A DNA stretch of 64,000 bases from Octopus bimaculoides (GCF_001194135.2 NC_068996.1:44674604-44738603); one strand, 5' to 3'. Shown: positions 22,625 to 34,452, counted from the first letter of the stretch. Translations and numbers: made by a program. Notes: a model not told the origin generated them from the letters alone.

Positions 22625-22738
22625 GTTTTCATTCTCTCTCTGTTTATTTCCCCTTATTCTTTTCTGTCGAAGAGCGTAGGCTCGAAACGTAAAAGAGTTT
22701 TCCATTTTTCCCGAGCGTCAAACTAATACGCCATCGAA
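22625..22738 (+). mobile_element. Short hammerhead-like repeat family (second copy at 53620-53770, -)
   Basis: Both copies share gagcgtaggctcgaaacgtaaaa...gagcgtcaaactaat. Confidence 0.8.
22660..22696 (+). ncRNA. Hammerhead-like motif with non-canonical CUGUCGA core
   Basis: UUUU-CUGUCGA-A-GAGC(guag)GCUC-GAAAC-GUA^-AAAG. Minimal ACGU stem III, weak stem I. Confidence 0.55.
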
Positions 22739-23283
22739 CACTCTCTATCTACTTTGTACACCGTTTATTGGTCAACTCTCAGTTACAGTAAAAAGCATTT
22801 CAGTCAGTCATTCAATTAATTACTGCTTTCAGTTTGCCCGTTTTATCATTCATTTTTATTCTATCTGCTTGTTTTGTTTATTTTTCGTTCGTTTTAAAGC
22901 ATTTTATGGATCAGCAGAGACTCACTTGCTGTTTAGCTAACTGTCCTGCAAAGTTGAGGAGCAAACATATTTCTGTCGGTAAACATTCAACCTCTTCTGC
23001 AATACAAATGTCAGTCACCACTACAATATTTTGAACAAATGTAATGTCCTTAGATAAATGATATTTAGGGAATTCTTCCGCTTTTAACTCTTTTTCAAAG
23101 AACGCTAGTTTTTTCTTCCTTTTTTTTTCATCACAAAATGTCGCATTATCCTTTCGCTTTCTGATATAATACATACAATTTCATTCATAGGAATATGTAA
23201 TAAACTAGAAAACTCGAATAGTTTTATGTACCCCACACTCCTACTCATACACACGTGTTTTTATATAAGTGCTAGTGTGTTTT

Positions 23284-23337
<54 letters not shown>

Positions 23338-23476
23338 TCAACGTAGGATGTGTGATAGGAACATAGAGAATAGAAAGAAAAAGTGGTAAGGTAGTAAAGC
23401 ATGGACAATGAAAGGTTTTATATCATATACATATTTGAGAAATTCGTTTCGACAATACGTATAGCATGTATATAAA

Positions 23477-23530
<54 letters not shown>

Positions 23531-23618
23531 NNNNNNNNNNNNNNNNNNNNNNNNNNNNNNNNNNNNNNNNNNNNNNNNNNNNNNNNNNNNNNNNNNNNNN
23601 NNNNNNNNNNNNNNNNNN

Positions 23619-23671
<53 letters not shown>

Positions 23672-24424
23672 TTTGTATACTCACATACATACACGCATAT
23701 TCATGTATGCGTTAATTTGTAGTGATTATCTGCAATGTAATAAATTAAAATGCATTGAATGAAATGAAGTTGAAATGGGAAGAATAAATATTCATGCATT
23801 TATTATTTTCATTCATCACCGAAGGGATGAGATATTGAATTTTGCTCTAGTTCCACAATCGTGTTCCCATATACGCTGTCTTAATCTATACACATATCTA
23901 AACTTGTGATCTTTTAATATTTCATTTATTAGATACAAGTTGAGTAAAGATGATTAAAAATTAGCAATCTTTTGGCGCTACCTGGTATTATGGAATCAGT
24001 TTCCATTGAATCCATTCCTCATAAATTACCTGAATACAACCTTTATGAGATATATGGATATACAAACTTCACGTAATCTCTGCATATAATCTTAAATGCA
24101 TATGAATGTATGTAAGAAGTTTATTTCACTTCACTTAAGCTTGAAAATATCTTTCTTTCCTGAAGTAAACGCACAATACAAAATTCTATTCACTTCTTTC
24201 TCTTCGTATAAATGCATACGTTCAGACATTCACACGGAGGTCCAATGTATAAACAGAAACATATGCAAGTAGGTATCTGAAAGTGTGCGTGTACCTCCGT
24301 GTGTATGTGAGAATTTATAACTGCGTATGTGTGTATGTATGCTGAATATATGTATATATGTATATATGTGTTTCGTTTTTGGATTTGGTTTGCAAGATTC
24401 TTTATGTGAGTTCGTGAGTTGAAG

Positions 24425-24565
24425 CATATTCTGTTGTGTCTGGGAAGAGTCATTTTCTTTTTGTGCCTTATAATTTAGCACACTTACCGGTGAAATTTAC
24501 CGGTGAGTGTGTTAAATTATAAGGCACAAAAAGAAAATTACTTTCCTCAGACACAACAGGATATG
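24425..24565. repeat. Near-perfect hairpin with about 67-bp arms and a 7-nt loop
   Basis: catattctgttgtgtctg...cacacttaccggt / accggtgagtgtg...cagacacaacaggatatg. Confidence 0.95.
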
Positions 24566-24569
24566 TATA

Positions 24570-25461
24570 TACGTGGTCTGATCAATAAGTATTCGGGCTG
24601 TTATCATAGTAACGAAGCTAAAGCACGCTGAGTAAAGCCTCTGGGCAAAGATTGAACATGGACTCTGCTGTGCATGCACCCTAAGTTTTAACTACGCACT
24701 TCTGTTGTTTACAGTAGTGTTTAGAAGCAATGTCTGTGGCATTAGATCGTGGCATTGATCATAACAGAGAATGTTGAGCAGAGAATCTGCATCAAATTTT
24801 GCCAAAAGCTTCGCGATACCTACCCAGAAGCCTACGTAAAGTTTTCAAAACGTTTTCATCGTTCTCGACACAATCAAGGAGATCTTGTGCAATGGAAATC
24901 GAAGTGTCTTTTTGGTCAGCTGAAAGCACTTTTGACACAAAGTTGGCAGACACGCGTCTCATACCCAAATCTTCAGTGATAATGGAATGAACTGAACCGT
25001 AAATAATCTGCACATCCACTCATAACTCACTCATAGTTATCCGACGATTTCCCCTCACAGCTGCACGCACATCTGCAATGTTATTCGCAGTTCTGTTGTT
25101 TGCGGGTCTCCTACAACGTTTGTCACAATCAACATTTTATCGGCCATCTTTGAAAAGTCTGAACCTCTCGTACACTTATGTGCGTCTCATGCACTCTTCT
25201 CCGTACAATTTCTGCAACTTTGCGTAAACATCTGAGCAGGTATCACGATGACAACTTTCTGTCGTGGTCAATGCGACGATCACATGCTTCGCACGTTCCT
25301 TCCGAGCATTGTTGTAAACAGCGGAAGTGAGCTAGAACGTTAAAACTTAGTGCGCATACACAGCAGTGTCCAAGGTCAATCTGTCCAAAGCGGCTTTACT
25401 CTGCGTGCTTTAGCTTCGTTACTATGGCAACAGTCAGGATACTTATTGATCAGATTTCGTA
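24570..25461. mobile_element. Mariner derivative built from two 5' ends in inverted orientation
   Basis: Both TA-bounded ends share more than 70 bp. The + strand encodes EQRICIKFCQKL. The - strand encodes VYERFRLFKDGR...RRITMSEL...EDLGMRRVSANFVSKVL. No catalytic DD34D half is present. Confidence 0.85.
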
Positions 25462-26431
25462 TGTATGTTTTCTCTTTCTATTTTTAATTTCGAGTAAATT
25501 TTAGTTGTGGACGAATTTATCATGATTTAACCATCATTCTTTGTTCCTTCAGAAAGTCTTGCAGATTATTATAGTCTCAAATATCGTGATATTTAGTAGC
25601 GATTTGCTTTCTCTCCCCAAGATCCCAAGTTCAGCCATATTTTGCTCCAGACGTGTGGTATAATGCATGTACATACGTACGTACATATGTGTGTATGTAT
25701 GTATGTATGTATGTATGTATGTATGTATGTATGTTTGAGTGTCTGTGTGTATTTATAGGTAACTGCAAATAGTTGGTAAACTGGAATAATATAATTTGCT
25801 CCTTTCAGAAGAAGTGTAATATTAAGTTTTTGGCAGAAAAGTATCAAAGATATTTTAGCAAAAATACCGAATAAAGATATTGAGATGGCTAGAAATGATA
25901 AACTAATGGAGATAACAAAGGAAAGAAAACTATTTCACCAGTCAGCGCTATCTGATTATCTCACCAATCTATTCTCGTTTTTCTCTTGCGATATACACTC
26001 AGTTTCATATACTACACTAGTCAAATAATCTCTGGTTTCTTTTATGGGACCTCCATCAGTTTACTACAGTACCTGTACAATTTGTAAATTTTTATTCGTC
26101 CATACAGAGAGCTGTCGTTTGGGTGACTGGGTTGATGGCTTCCGAATGTTACCGACTCGATGATCAGAATGAAACGTAATCACAATCCGACCACTAGCGT
26201 GACATTCCAGTTCGACGACTGTCTCTCTCTGTCTATTGAACCACGGTATATTACGACTCGGCCTTGACTGAGAAATTAATGAAAAATTCTCAATTTTCCT
26301 CTTGACATATTTTCATTCACAGGTGTTAAAGAACGCTTCATCTCCTGTTTCCCTGCTTCTTCAATATTTCTGAACCTTCATCAGCGCAGTAATCTCAACT
26401 TAAGATTCCTCCTCTTCATTGCATACACGGT

Positions 26432-26471
<40 letters not shown>

Positions 26472-26601
26472 TATTTCTTTCTTTCTTTCTTTCTTTCTTT
26501 CTTTTTTCCTTTCTTTCTTTCTTTCTTTCTCTTTGTGTGTGTGTCTGTCTCTCCCTCTCTCTCATTAAACACGTGTATATCTGCGTATTTGTATGTATGT
26601 A

Positions 26602-26975
26602 CTCTTTACTCTCTTTACTCTTTTACTTGTTTCAGTCATTTGACTGCGGCCATGCTGGAGCACCGCCTTTAGTCGAATCAAATCTACCCCAGGACTTATT
26701 CTTTGTAAGCCTAGTACTTATTCTATCGGTTTCTTTTTGCCGAACCGCCACGTTACGGGGACGTAAACACACCAGCATCGGTTGTATCATTAATTGGGAA
26801 TATATAGGCGCAGGCGTGCCCATGTGGTAAGAGGCTTGCTTTCCAACCGCATCGTTCCAGGCTCAGTCCCACTGCGTGGCACCTTGGGAAAGTGTCATTT
26901 ACTAAAGCTTTGGGCCGACCAAAGCCTTGTAAGTGCATTCGGAAGACGGAAACTGAAAGAAGCCCGTCGTATGCA
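26602..26975. mobile_element. Two SINE family A halves in opposite orientation (tail half - at 26602-26790, head half + at 26804-26975)
   Basis: Direct similarity to other family A copies. Confidence 0.85.
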
Positions 26976-27006
26976 CANNNNNNNNNNNNNNNNNNNNNNN
27001 NNNNNN

Positions 27007-27086
<80 letters not shown>

Positions 27087-27289
27087 TGAAAGTTTTTCTG
27101 TGAAAAAGTTACTTAATACAGTCTTTAGGTATAAAAGGGATTTTTTAAAGAAAGGTCATCAAATCTTTTATCGGGATGTCACTAACTATTTTTGGAAGAT
27201 TTTTTTCCTAGTGCGTGAGCGCTTTCGATCAACCTTTTTAAGCAAGCGTGCTCTTAGTTAATGCATGAAATGAGGAAGTTGCTATTTTC

Positions 27290-27322
<33 letters not shown>

Positions 27323-27447
27323 ATAGTAGTAGTAGTAGTAGTAGTAGAAGTAGTAGTAGTAGTAGCAGCAGCAGTAGCTGTAGTAGTAGTAGTATTAGCA
27401 GCAGCAGTAGCTGTAGTAGCAGCAGCAGCAGCAGCAGCAATAGTAGC

Positions 27448-27500
<53 letters not shown>
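27290..27500. repeat. (AGT)n/(AGC)n trinucleotide microsatellite
   Basis: Seen directly. Confidence 0.97.
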
Positions 27501-27501
<1 letters not shown>

Positions 27502-27789
27502 TATTTCCGATTTATTTTCGGGTTTAAGGTTTTCATGATTTATTCTTCCCTTGTCATTCATAGTTAGTCATAAATAATCTTTTACCATTGTTTATTCTAT
27601 GGAGTGTTTACTATTTTCGGTTGAATTTCGGATTTAGAATTGTTATATAGTATTCTTCTTTTGCCTTTCGTAGCTGAACATTTTCATCTTTCGTTTTGTA
27701 AAAGGGGAACATTTTAAATTTCTCGTTTGCACAGATATCTAAACCTTTACTGCATGGTACATTCCTCAGAGATGAATCCCTAATCTGTT

Positions 27790-27849
<60 letters not shown>

Positions 27850-27889
27850 TGTGTGTGTGTGTATGCGTGTGTGTATGTGTGCGTGTGTT

Positions 27890-28095
27890 TGCGCCCGCTC
27901 GCCTGCGCGCTTGTCTACTGCCTGAAAGCCGGCGTTGATTTGTTTACATATCTGTAACGTAGTGGTTCGGCAAAAAGAGACAGATATAAGTACCAGGTTT
28001 AAGAAAAATAAGTACTGGGGTCTATTCGTTCGACTAAAAGTTCTTGAAGGCGGTGCCCTATCATGGCCGTAGTCTAATGACTGAAAATGATAAAA
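27890..28095 (+). mobile_element. SINE family A, 3' half
   Basis: gttcggcaaaaagagac...ggtgccctatcatggccgtagtctaatgactgaaa. Confidence 0.8.
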
Positions 28096-28144
28096 AATAT
28101 GTCGAGGAACTTCTACTCATAATTGTAACATACATCCTGGGTCG

Positions 28145-28345
28145 GAGTGGGAAGCTGGCAGAATCGTTAGCACACCGAGCGTAATGCTTAGTGGTATTTC
28201 ATTCGTCCTCACGTTTTGATTTCAAATTCTGCCAAGGGCGACTTTGTCTTTCATACTTTAAGGGATCTTTAAAATAAGAACCAGTTGGGCACTGGGGTCG
28301 ATTTAATCGAATTGCCCCACCCACCGAACCTGCTGAGCTGCTGTC
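28145..28345 (+). mobile_element. SINE family B
   Basis: agctggcagaatcgttagcac...tcaaattctgcc...ggggtcgatttaatcga. Confidence 0.82.
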
Positions 28346-28509
28346 AAAATTTGAAGCCAATGCCTATTCGGGGAAGTTATTTCCTTTGTGAAGTTTTAAA
28401 AAATAAACCTGATAAAAACAGAAAATATGACTCGAGTATGGGAGATTTTAACTAAGCTGCTATGTGTAATATATTAAAATATGGAAATTGATGAGTTGAT
28501 AAAGGTATC

Positions 28510-28665
28510 TATTATCTTTTATCGTTTGCTTGTTTCAGTCATTAGACAAGCGGCCATGCTGCAGTACTTCTTTCAAGAATACAGTCGACTCTATCGACTC
28601 CGGTACATATTTTTAAAGCCTGATACTTAGTTTATCGGACCTCTTTGCTAAATCGCTAAGTTATC
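28510..28665 (-). mobile_element. SINE family A tail fragment
   Basis: tttcagtcattagac..gcggccatgctg. Confidence 0.7.
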
Positions 28666-28674
28666 GAGAATTTT

Positions 28675-29400
28675 CTGTGAAAGCTGTTCCCTGTTCAATT
28701 CTCGTTGGCAATGTTTAAATTGATAAAAAAAAGATGATGAAGATTTCGTCACCTATGCTGGGTTCGTTAACAGAAAATGTGAACAGTTCAAATTAAATGA
28801 ATTAATCCCGGATTTGTTCAAATGTTTGATTTTTGTTCAAGGATTAACTGCAAGAAAAGATGCTATTATACCTTCCCGTATATTAACAAAATTAGAACAG
28901 GACCACAAATGTTGACCCAGTTCTTGAGGGTTTATAGGATAACACCAAACCAAAACACTTTTGAGGCAAGTCGCCTGCGGAACTAATGTTTTTTCGAAAA
29001 ATAAAGTAAATTTTCGACAAGCTATTACCAGTCAGAGAAACAAATAGTTAAGAAAAACAAATGATGTATTTGATGTTCCAACGCCACAAGAAATCGAACC
29101 TAGGCGGAGCAGCAGAAGAAAGGGAACAAAGAGAACGGTTGGAAGTCAATCTCAAAGGGGGAGATGTTGTGACGAGAATCATTGACACCCCTGGGCCATT
29201 GGAAGAATGGAGTAACCGAACTCTTACAAAGAGTAGCGACAAGAAGTCGGTAGGAATCGTTGACAGGGCGATGTGGAGCTTCGCGAAGTACGTCGTGTGA
29301 ACACATTGATTTTTACCTCCGCTTCGCTAAATTATACATCCAACGTTTATCAAGGATATAAAAGGGACTGAAGGAATCTCTGCACTCAGCATCATCTACA
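28675..29400 (+). mobile_element. Ty3/Gypsy LTR retrotransposon remnant: gag fragment fused to the 3' end, polypurine tract and LTR
   Basis: SLFNSRWQCLN...KKDDEDFVTYAGFVNRKCEQFKLNELIPDLFKCLIFVQGL (gag) and EPRRSSRRK (post-integrase). PPT aaagggggaga (29154-29164) is followed directly by TGTTG. The LTR end is uncertain. Confidence 0.72.
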
Positions 29401-30549
29401 ATTTAACGTATCGATATTGTACAATTCTAGGAATTAGCCTATGTAAAAATTGGACAATCCTAACATATCTAAAGCCCCAGCAAAAGATTCCTTACTTTTG
29501 TACCTGATTAATGATTCTTGAGTTCATAGCAGACTAGAACGAATTAATGAATTCATCAAAACCTAGAATTAACTCTAGAATTTAGAGTAACTTAAATCAT
29601 ATGACGTCACTAATCTGTATATTCAGATCTCAGCATTCACCCTCAGTACTTCAACACTACTCCAAACATTGAAACGGAAGATACACAAAGAGTTCAACAA
29701 TAATAAAGCACTTACATGAACCACTCTAACTAGCAGCTGTTGTTTCAAATAGTCGCAAGTCTAACTTAAGTTGTATGAAACTTTTATCAGCGGAAGGAGA
29801 AATAGATAGCCGTAAGAGATATTACAGATTATAATACAAAGTGGTGATGTTTAGAAGTAACAACGGAAACATACGTAAGCAGGAGGAAATATCGAGAAAT
29901 CAATTACGGATATTCTGTTTGTAAAACGCTTTACAGAGAGGGCGCCATCTCCGGGGTTGAATATAAAAATGGATTCTATAGTGAAATGACAGAAATGCGA
30001 TGCTGTATTAACTGTATAAGTAAATATTTCCCAAATACAATAGAAGCATTTTTTGCGTATAGTGTTTGTGCAAAGGTCTTAGTAAAATTGAATGCATTAC
30101 AATTTATAGAAAGAATATAAATAAATATGTTTAAGTTAAAATCGGAGGAAAATTTGAAAATAAATAAAACACATTATATATATATATTAATATAAATGCA
30201 TAATACATTCCTTAAATTTCCTCGATACAAGTTCGTACCTCTATCTGCACTGCTAAAATATATAAGGTTAAATTTTTATCAACATTTAGCAGAAAGAGAA
30301 CTCGGAGAAAAAAATTATTGATTAAATACCAGCCAATAATGCAGTGAAATAATTTTAGGAAATTATGAAAGTATTCGAAAATAGCAGGAAATCAAGGCCG
30401 GTCTATCAGTTTGCTAATTAATATAAAACGGGTGCTAATCTTTTAAGTTAACAGGTAATAAGAACTGGATGAAAGAAGAGGTACGGAGTGTAGACCGAAA
30501 TTCGAGAAAACTACTCAAAGGGTACTAAGCATTTCTACCGACTAGCGAC

Positions 30550-31385
30550 AGTGAAGGGCTATATCTAACCAGACACAGATATAGGTGAGGGATGATCATT
30601 TGTGAACATTGTATATACTGAGAAGAAAATATCCTGAGGTGTCACATGAAGAGTGTCATAAAAGCCTTGCTGAATCAGATAAGAATATCTGGTATGGACG
30701 TGATAGATGGAGATGGAGGAGTTCAAAGAAAAATCTCAGTAAGGATTCCAAGAGACTTGAGCAGGACTACACATACCAATGAGGTGGCACTGGATAAGGA
30801 AATATAACTTGACACCAGAGACTTGAAGTTAAGAAATACTACAGAAGAAGGTGACAAGAGCAGGTTGTGTCATGATAAAGTCGAGATTATATGGCATATT
30901 TTGAACGAGTGCATAACGCTAGCTCAAAAAGACTACAAAAGAATAGAAAATAATATCGCAGAAATGGCCTATTGAGAGTTGTGTGGCAGATACAGCAAAG
31001 ACGTGATATGGGTAAATCTCTGAAGTAATTGAGAATAGCGTAAATATACCGTGGGATGTAATGATCCAATGCGATCTTGAAATTGAACAGTTGAAAGTCG
31101 GGTATAGTGACTGTGAATAAAGAGGCAAAACCGTCTTTAATCATAAATGTTGCATATCTTGCTGATGATAAGAAGAGAAGCAACATGGTTTGAAGTGGGA
31201 AATAAAAAGACTGTGATTATTGAAGGTGATTTTTGTAACTATTATTGTTGTAGGTTTGTGAACCATCTCAAGAAGTACCAAACTCAAAAGCTGGATTGAA
31301 AAAAATAGGAGTAAATGTGAAAATGAAGCATCTCCAGAAAACAGGGTTGCTTGGACCTGCTAGAATCTTCTGCAGAATTTTGAAA
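30550..31385 (+). mobile_element. R4/Dong-type (RLE endonuclease) non-LTR retrotransposon 3' remnant
   Basis: RLCHDKVEIIWHILNECITLAQKDYK (CCHC knuckle), PWDVMIQCD, and LQKTGLLGPARIFCRIL (LQK..LLGTARILR motif). Confidence 0.78.
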
Positions 31386-31455
31386 TCTGCTATCGTAGTT
31401 AACTTAGTTCACTAGTTGTAGACAGCTGATATTTTATTACATAGCTGCAGAGATC

Positions 31456-31747
31456 ATATGCCATATAATCTCGACTTTATCATGAGACAACCTGCACTTG
31501 TCATTTTCTTCTGTATTGTTTTTAACTTCAAGTCTCTGGTTTCAAGTCATATTCCCTTATCCAGTGCCACCTCATTGGTATCTGCAGTCCTGCTCAAGTC
31601 TCTTGGAATCCTTACTCAGTTTCTCTTTCTACTCCACCATCTCCATGCAAATATCTATCACGTCTATACCAGATATTCTTATCTGATTCAGCAAGGCTTT
31701 TATGACACTCTTGATGTACCACCTCAAGGTATTTTCTTCTGAGTATA
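31456..31747 (-). repeat. Inverted duplicate of 30614-30898 (part of the R4-like remnant)
   Basis: The reverse complement aligns over about 285 bp, for example gtgtcataaaagccttgctgaatcagataagaatatctggtat. Confidence 0.92.
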
Positions 31748-31784
31748 TTCAACTTTCACAGATGATCAACCACAATAATAATGA

Positions 31785-32000
31785 TATTGATATCGAATTT
31801 TGGCACAAGGCCAACAATTTAGGACGAGGGAGTATGTCAATTACATTGACCCATAGTACTCAACTGATACATATTTTATCGTCTCTGAAAGAATAAAAGA
31901 CATAGTTGACCTCAGTGGAATTTGAAAACCCAGAACGTGAAGACGGACAAAATGCCGCTAAGCATTTTGCCCGGCGTGCTAATGATTCTGCCAGCTAAAC
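31785..32000 (-). mobile_element. SINE family B
   Basis: gttgacctcagtggaatttgaa...gctaagcattttgcccggcgtgctaa. Confidence 0.82.
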
Positions 32001-32204
32001 ATAAAAGAAACCTCAAAAACAACAGACGCAAAAAGCTTTAAAAATGTAAATAAAAATAATTATGCAGTGAGAAGAAAGTAATATTAACCAATAATTGATA
32101 TTATTTCGAAAATTATAGCATTACGGAGACAACTGAGGACGGCTTTGTTAGATCGTTTAGCGAAGAATATATTAAACTGGACTTGTTGCTGTATTCCTTT
32201 CTAC

Positions 32205-32408
32205 TCTAGGTACAAGGCCTGAAATTTTTTGGGAGGGGACCAGTCGATTAGACCGATCTCAGTACGCAACAGGTGCTTAATTTATTGACCCCGAAACGAT
32301 GAAAAGTGAAGTCGACCTCGGCGGGATTTGAACTCAGAACGTAAAGACAGACGAAATACCGCTATGCATTTCACCCAGTGTGCTAACGTTTCTGCCAGCT
32401 CGCCGCCT
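32205..32408 (-). mobile_element. SINE family B
   Basis: tgaccccgaaacgatgaaaag...gtcgacctcggcgggatttgaactcagaac. Confidence 0.85.
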
Positions 32409-32444
32409 TGGACTTGCTGCAATATTGGAATGGCTATCAGAATT

Positions 32445-32830
32445 TGTTGTTGGCACTCCGTCGCTTACGACGTCGCGGGTTCCAGTTGATCCGATCAACG
32501 GAAAAGCCTGCTCGTGAAATTAACGTGCAAGTGGCTGAGCACACCACAGACACCTGTACCCTTAACGTAGTTCTCGGGGATATTCAGCGTGACACAGTGT
32601 GACAAGGCTGACCCTTTGAATTACAGGCACAACAGAAACAGGAAGTAAGAGTGAAAGAAAGTTGTGGTGAAAGAGTACTGCAGGGTTCGTCACCATCCCC
32701 TGCCGGAGCCTCGTGGAACTTTTAGGTGTTTTCGCTCAATAAACACTCACAATGCCCGGTCTGGGAATCGAGACCGCGATCCTATGACCGCGAGTCCGCT
32801 GCCCTAACCACTGGGCCATTGCGCCTCCAC
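32445..32830 (-). mobile_element. tRNA-derived SINE, family C2 (same tail as C1, different head and body)
   Basis: Minus-strand head gcgcaatggcccagtggttagggcagcggactcgcgg...tcgattcccagaccgggc. Tail shared with 18278-18470. Confidence 0.85.
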
Positions 32831-33626
32831 TTGCTATCAGAATAAATGTACGATATCCTACGTCTAAGTGCATGTTATCTCAAGGATTATAGAATCTCCA
32901 CTTTCCTAAGTTCCTGGCTAAAACATTCGTGGTTCTTAGCAGAAACGTTCCTTAGCGTCACTGAGTTTTAGCTTAGTGATAGTCGTAAGATACATAAAAA
33001 TAGAGAGAGGGTGGGTTTCTATATTTAGTAAAATGAGGAATGATGTTTGAAAGATGAAAAGGTAGTTTAATATAAAAATGGACAAAGAGATATAAAGTTA
33101 GTCTAGTTGATGGTAGGTATGAAGCTGGTGGCGGGGGTGAGGAGACAAAAAAAATAAAAGAACATAGAAATGGAAAGAAAAATAAAGAAAAATAAAAAGG
33201 TAGACAACGAAAGATACAGTAAAGAAAATAAATTAGAAATGCGAAGGCCTGGGGGAGGTGTATATGAGAGTGTGTGTGGGAGAGAATGAGAAAGAAAAAG
33301 AGAACAGAGAAAAGAGTGAGAGAGTGAGGTAAGAGAGAGAAAAAGAGATAAATAGGGAGATGAGGAAACAAAGTATATACATGTTGTAGGGCTAATAGGC
33401 ACAATAAGGGGCGGGGATAAATGCAAGAATGAGTAAACCATAATAATAATAATTTAATTATGCTAATTACACAGCATAATTCCCTTTCCAAATGCAAACT
33501 GTCGAAACACTACAGCATTGAGAAGAGTAAACTTTTCTTATGGGATCCAATAAAACTGAAACATCGTGAAAGCTTATTTACAATATTTGCATTTGACGGA
33601 TATTTGTCCTCATCTTGTTTGTTGTT

Positions 33627-33672
33627 AACACAACGTTTCGGCTGATATACCCTCTAGCCTTCTTCAGGTGGC
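33627..33672 (-). ncRNA. Minimal type I hammerhead ribozyme, core intact
   Basis: GCCAC-CUGAAGA-A-GGCU(agaggguauauc)AGCC-GAAAC-GUU^-GUGUU. One stem I mismatch; ACGU stem III. Confidence 0.75.
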
Positions 33673-33730
33673 TTGAGGAAATTTCGAACCTGGATTCTCA
33701 TTCAGAATATCAGCCATTTGATATCCCTAA

Positions 33731-33770
33731 GACACCTGATGAAGGCTGCAGGGTAAATCAGCCGAAACAC
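33731..33770 (+). ncRNA. Hammerhead motif with intact CUGAUGA, stem II and GAAAC but destroyed cleavage strand
   Basis: GACAC-CUGAUGA-A-GGCUG(caggguaaau)CAGCC-GAAAC-ACU-AUCC. Confidence 0.65.
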
Positions 33771-34389
33771 TATCCTAACAACAAAAAAGATGAGGACAAA
33801 TATCCGTCAAATGTAAATAATGTAAATAATGTAAATAATGTACAGAATTCCTCATCTCTTAAATACAGAACTGTATTATCGTGAAAACTGTGCTCCTTAC
33901 CTGTGAACAGAGAACAGGTTTCCCCCTAAGCTTGTAAATTTATTTTGTCAAATTAATTGTTAATTTCATGAATTTATCTCCCCTTATCTTAGAGAGTCGA
34001 TAACAACCTATTTCCTTTACTTTTGTTCTTATTGCTTTGTTCGTTTCGGTTTTGTTTTAACTTGAAGGGAAATTTCAACTAACTGAGAAATTATCCATTT
34101 TCGTTTTTTTAATTTATTTTAATCATATATTTTTTATTTGTATACATCATTCACAATACCAGCCATTTGATTTCTCTTCTTTAGGGGAGAAAAATAGTGT
34201 AAACGAACAAAGAATAAAAGTAAAAAATACTAAAAGAAGTAAAAGGAAAAAAAATCTAAGAAAAATACTTGTAGAAGAAATATCAAGTAGAAAGGATCTT
34301 GATGATTGTCATGTAAGTGAATAAGACATGAACATCAGGTACCGTATAAAATCATTAATAAATTAACCATTATAGCACTGCAGTCTTCT

Positions 34390-34390
34390 G

Positions 34391-34452
<62 letters not shown>

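Larger units (their letters stand above)
33574..33841. repeat. Head-to-head inverted pair of family D hammerhead tails
   Basis: 33574-33680 is the reverse complement of about 33722-33829. Both arms are homologous to 19670-19785. Confidence 0.9.

Noticed and set aside
22926-23160. Candidate minus-strand exon ending in a good donor (CAA|GTGAGT)
   Set aside because: Weak acceptor, an internal A9 run, an unrecognised peptide, and no partner exon identified.
32906-32955. Hammerhead-like topology (CUAAG...GCUAA/UUAGC-A-GAAAC-GUU-CCUUAG)
   Set aside because: The segment where CUGANGA should be reads UUCCUG, so the catalytic core is absent.
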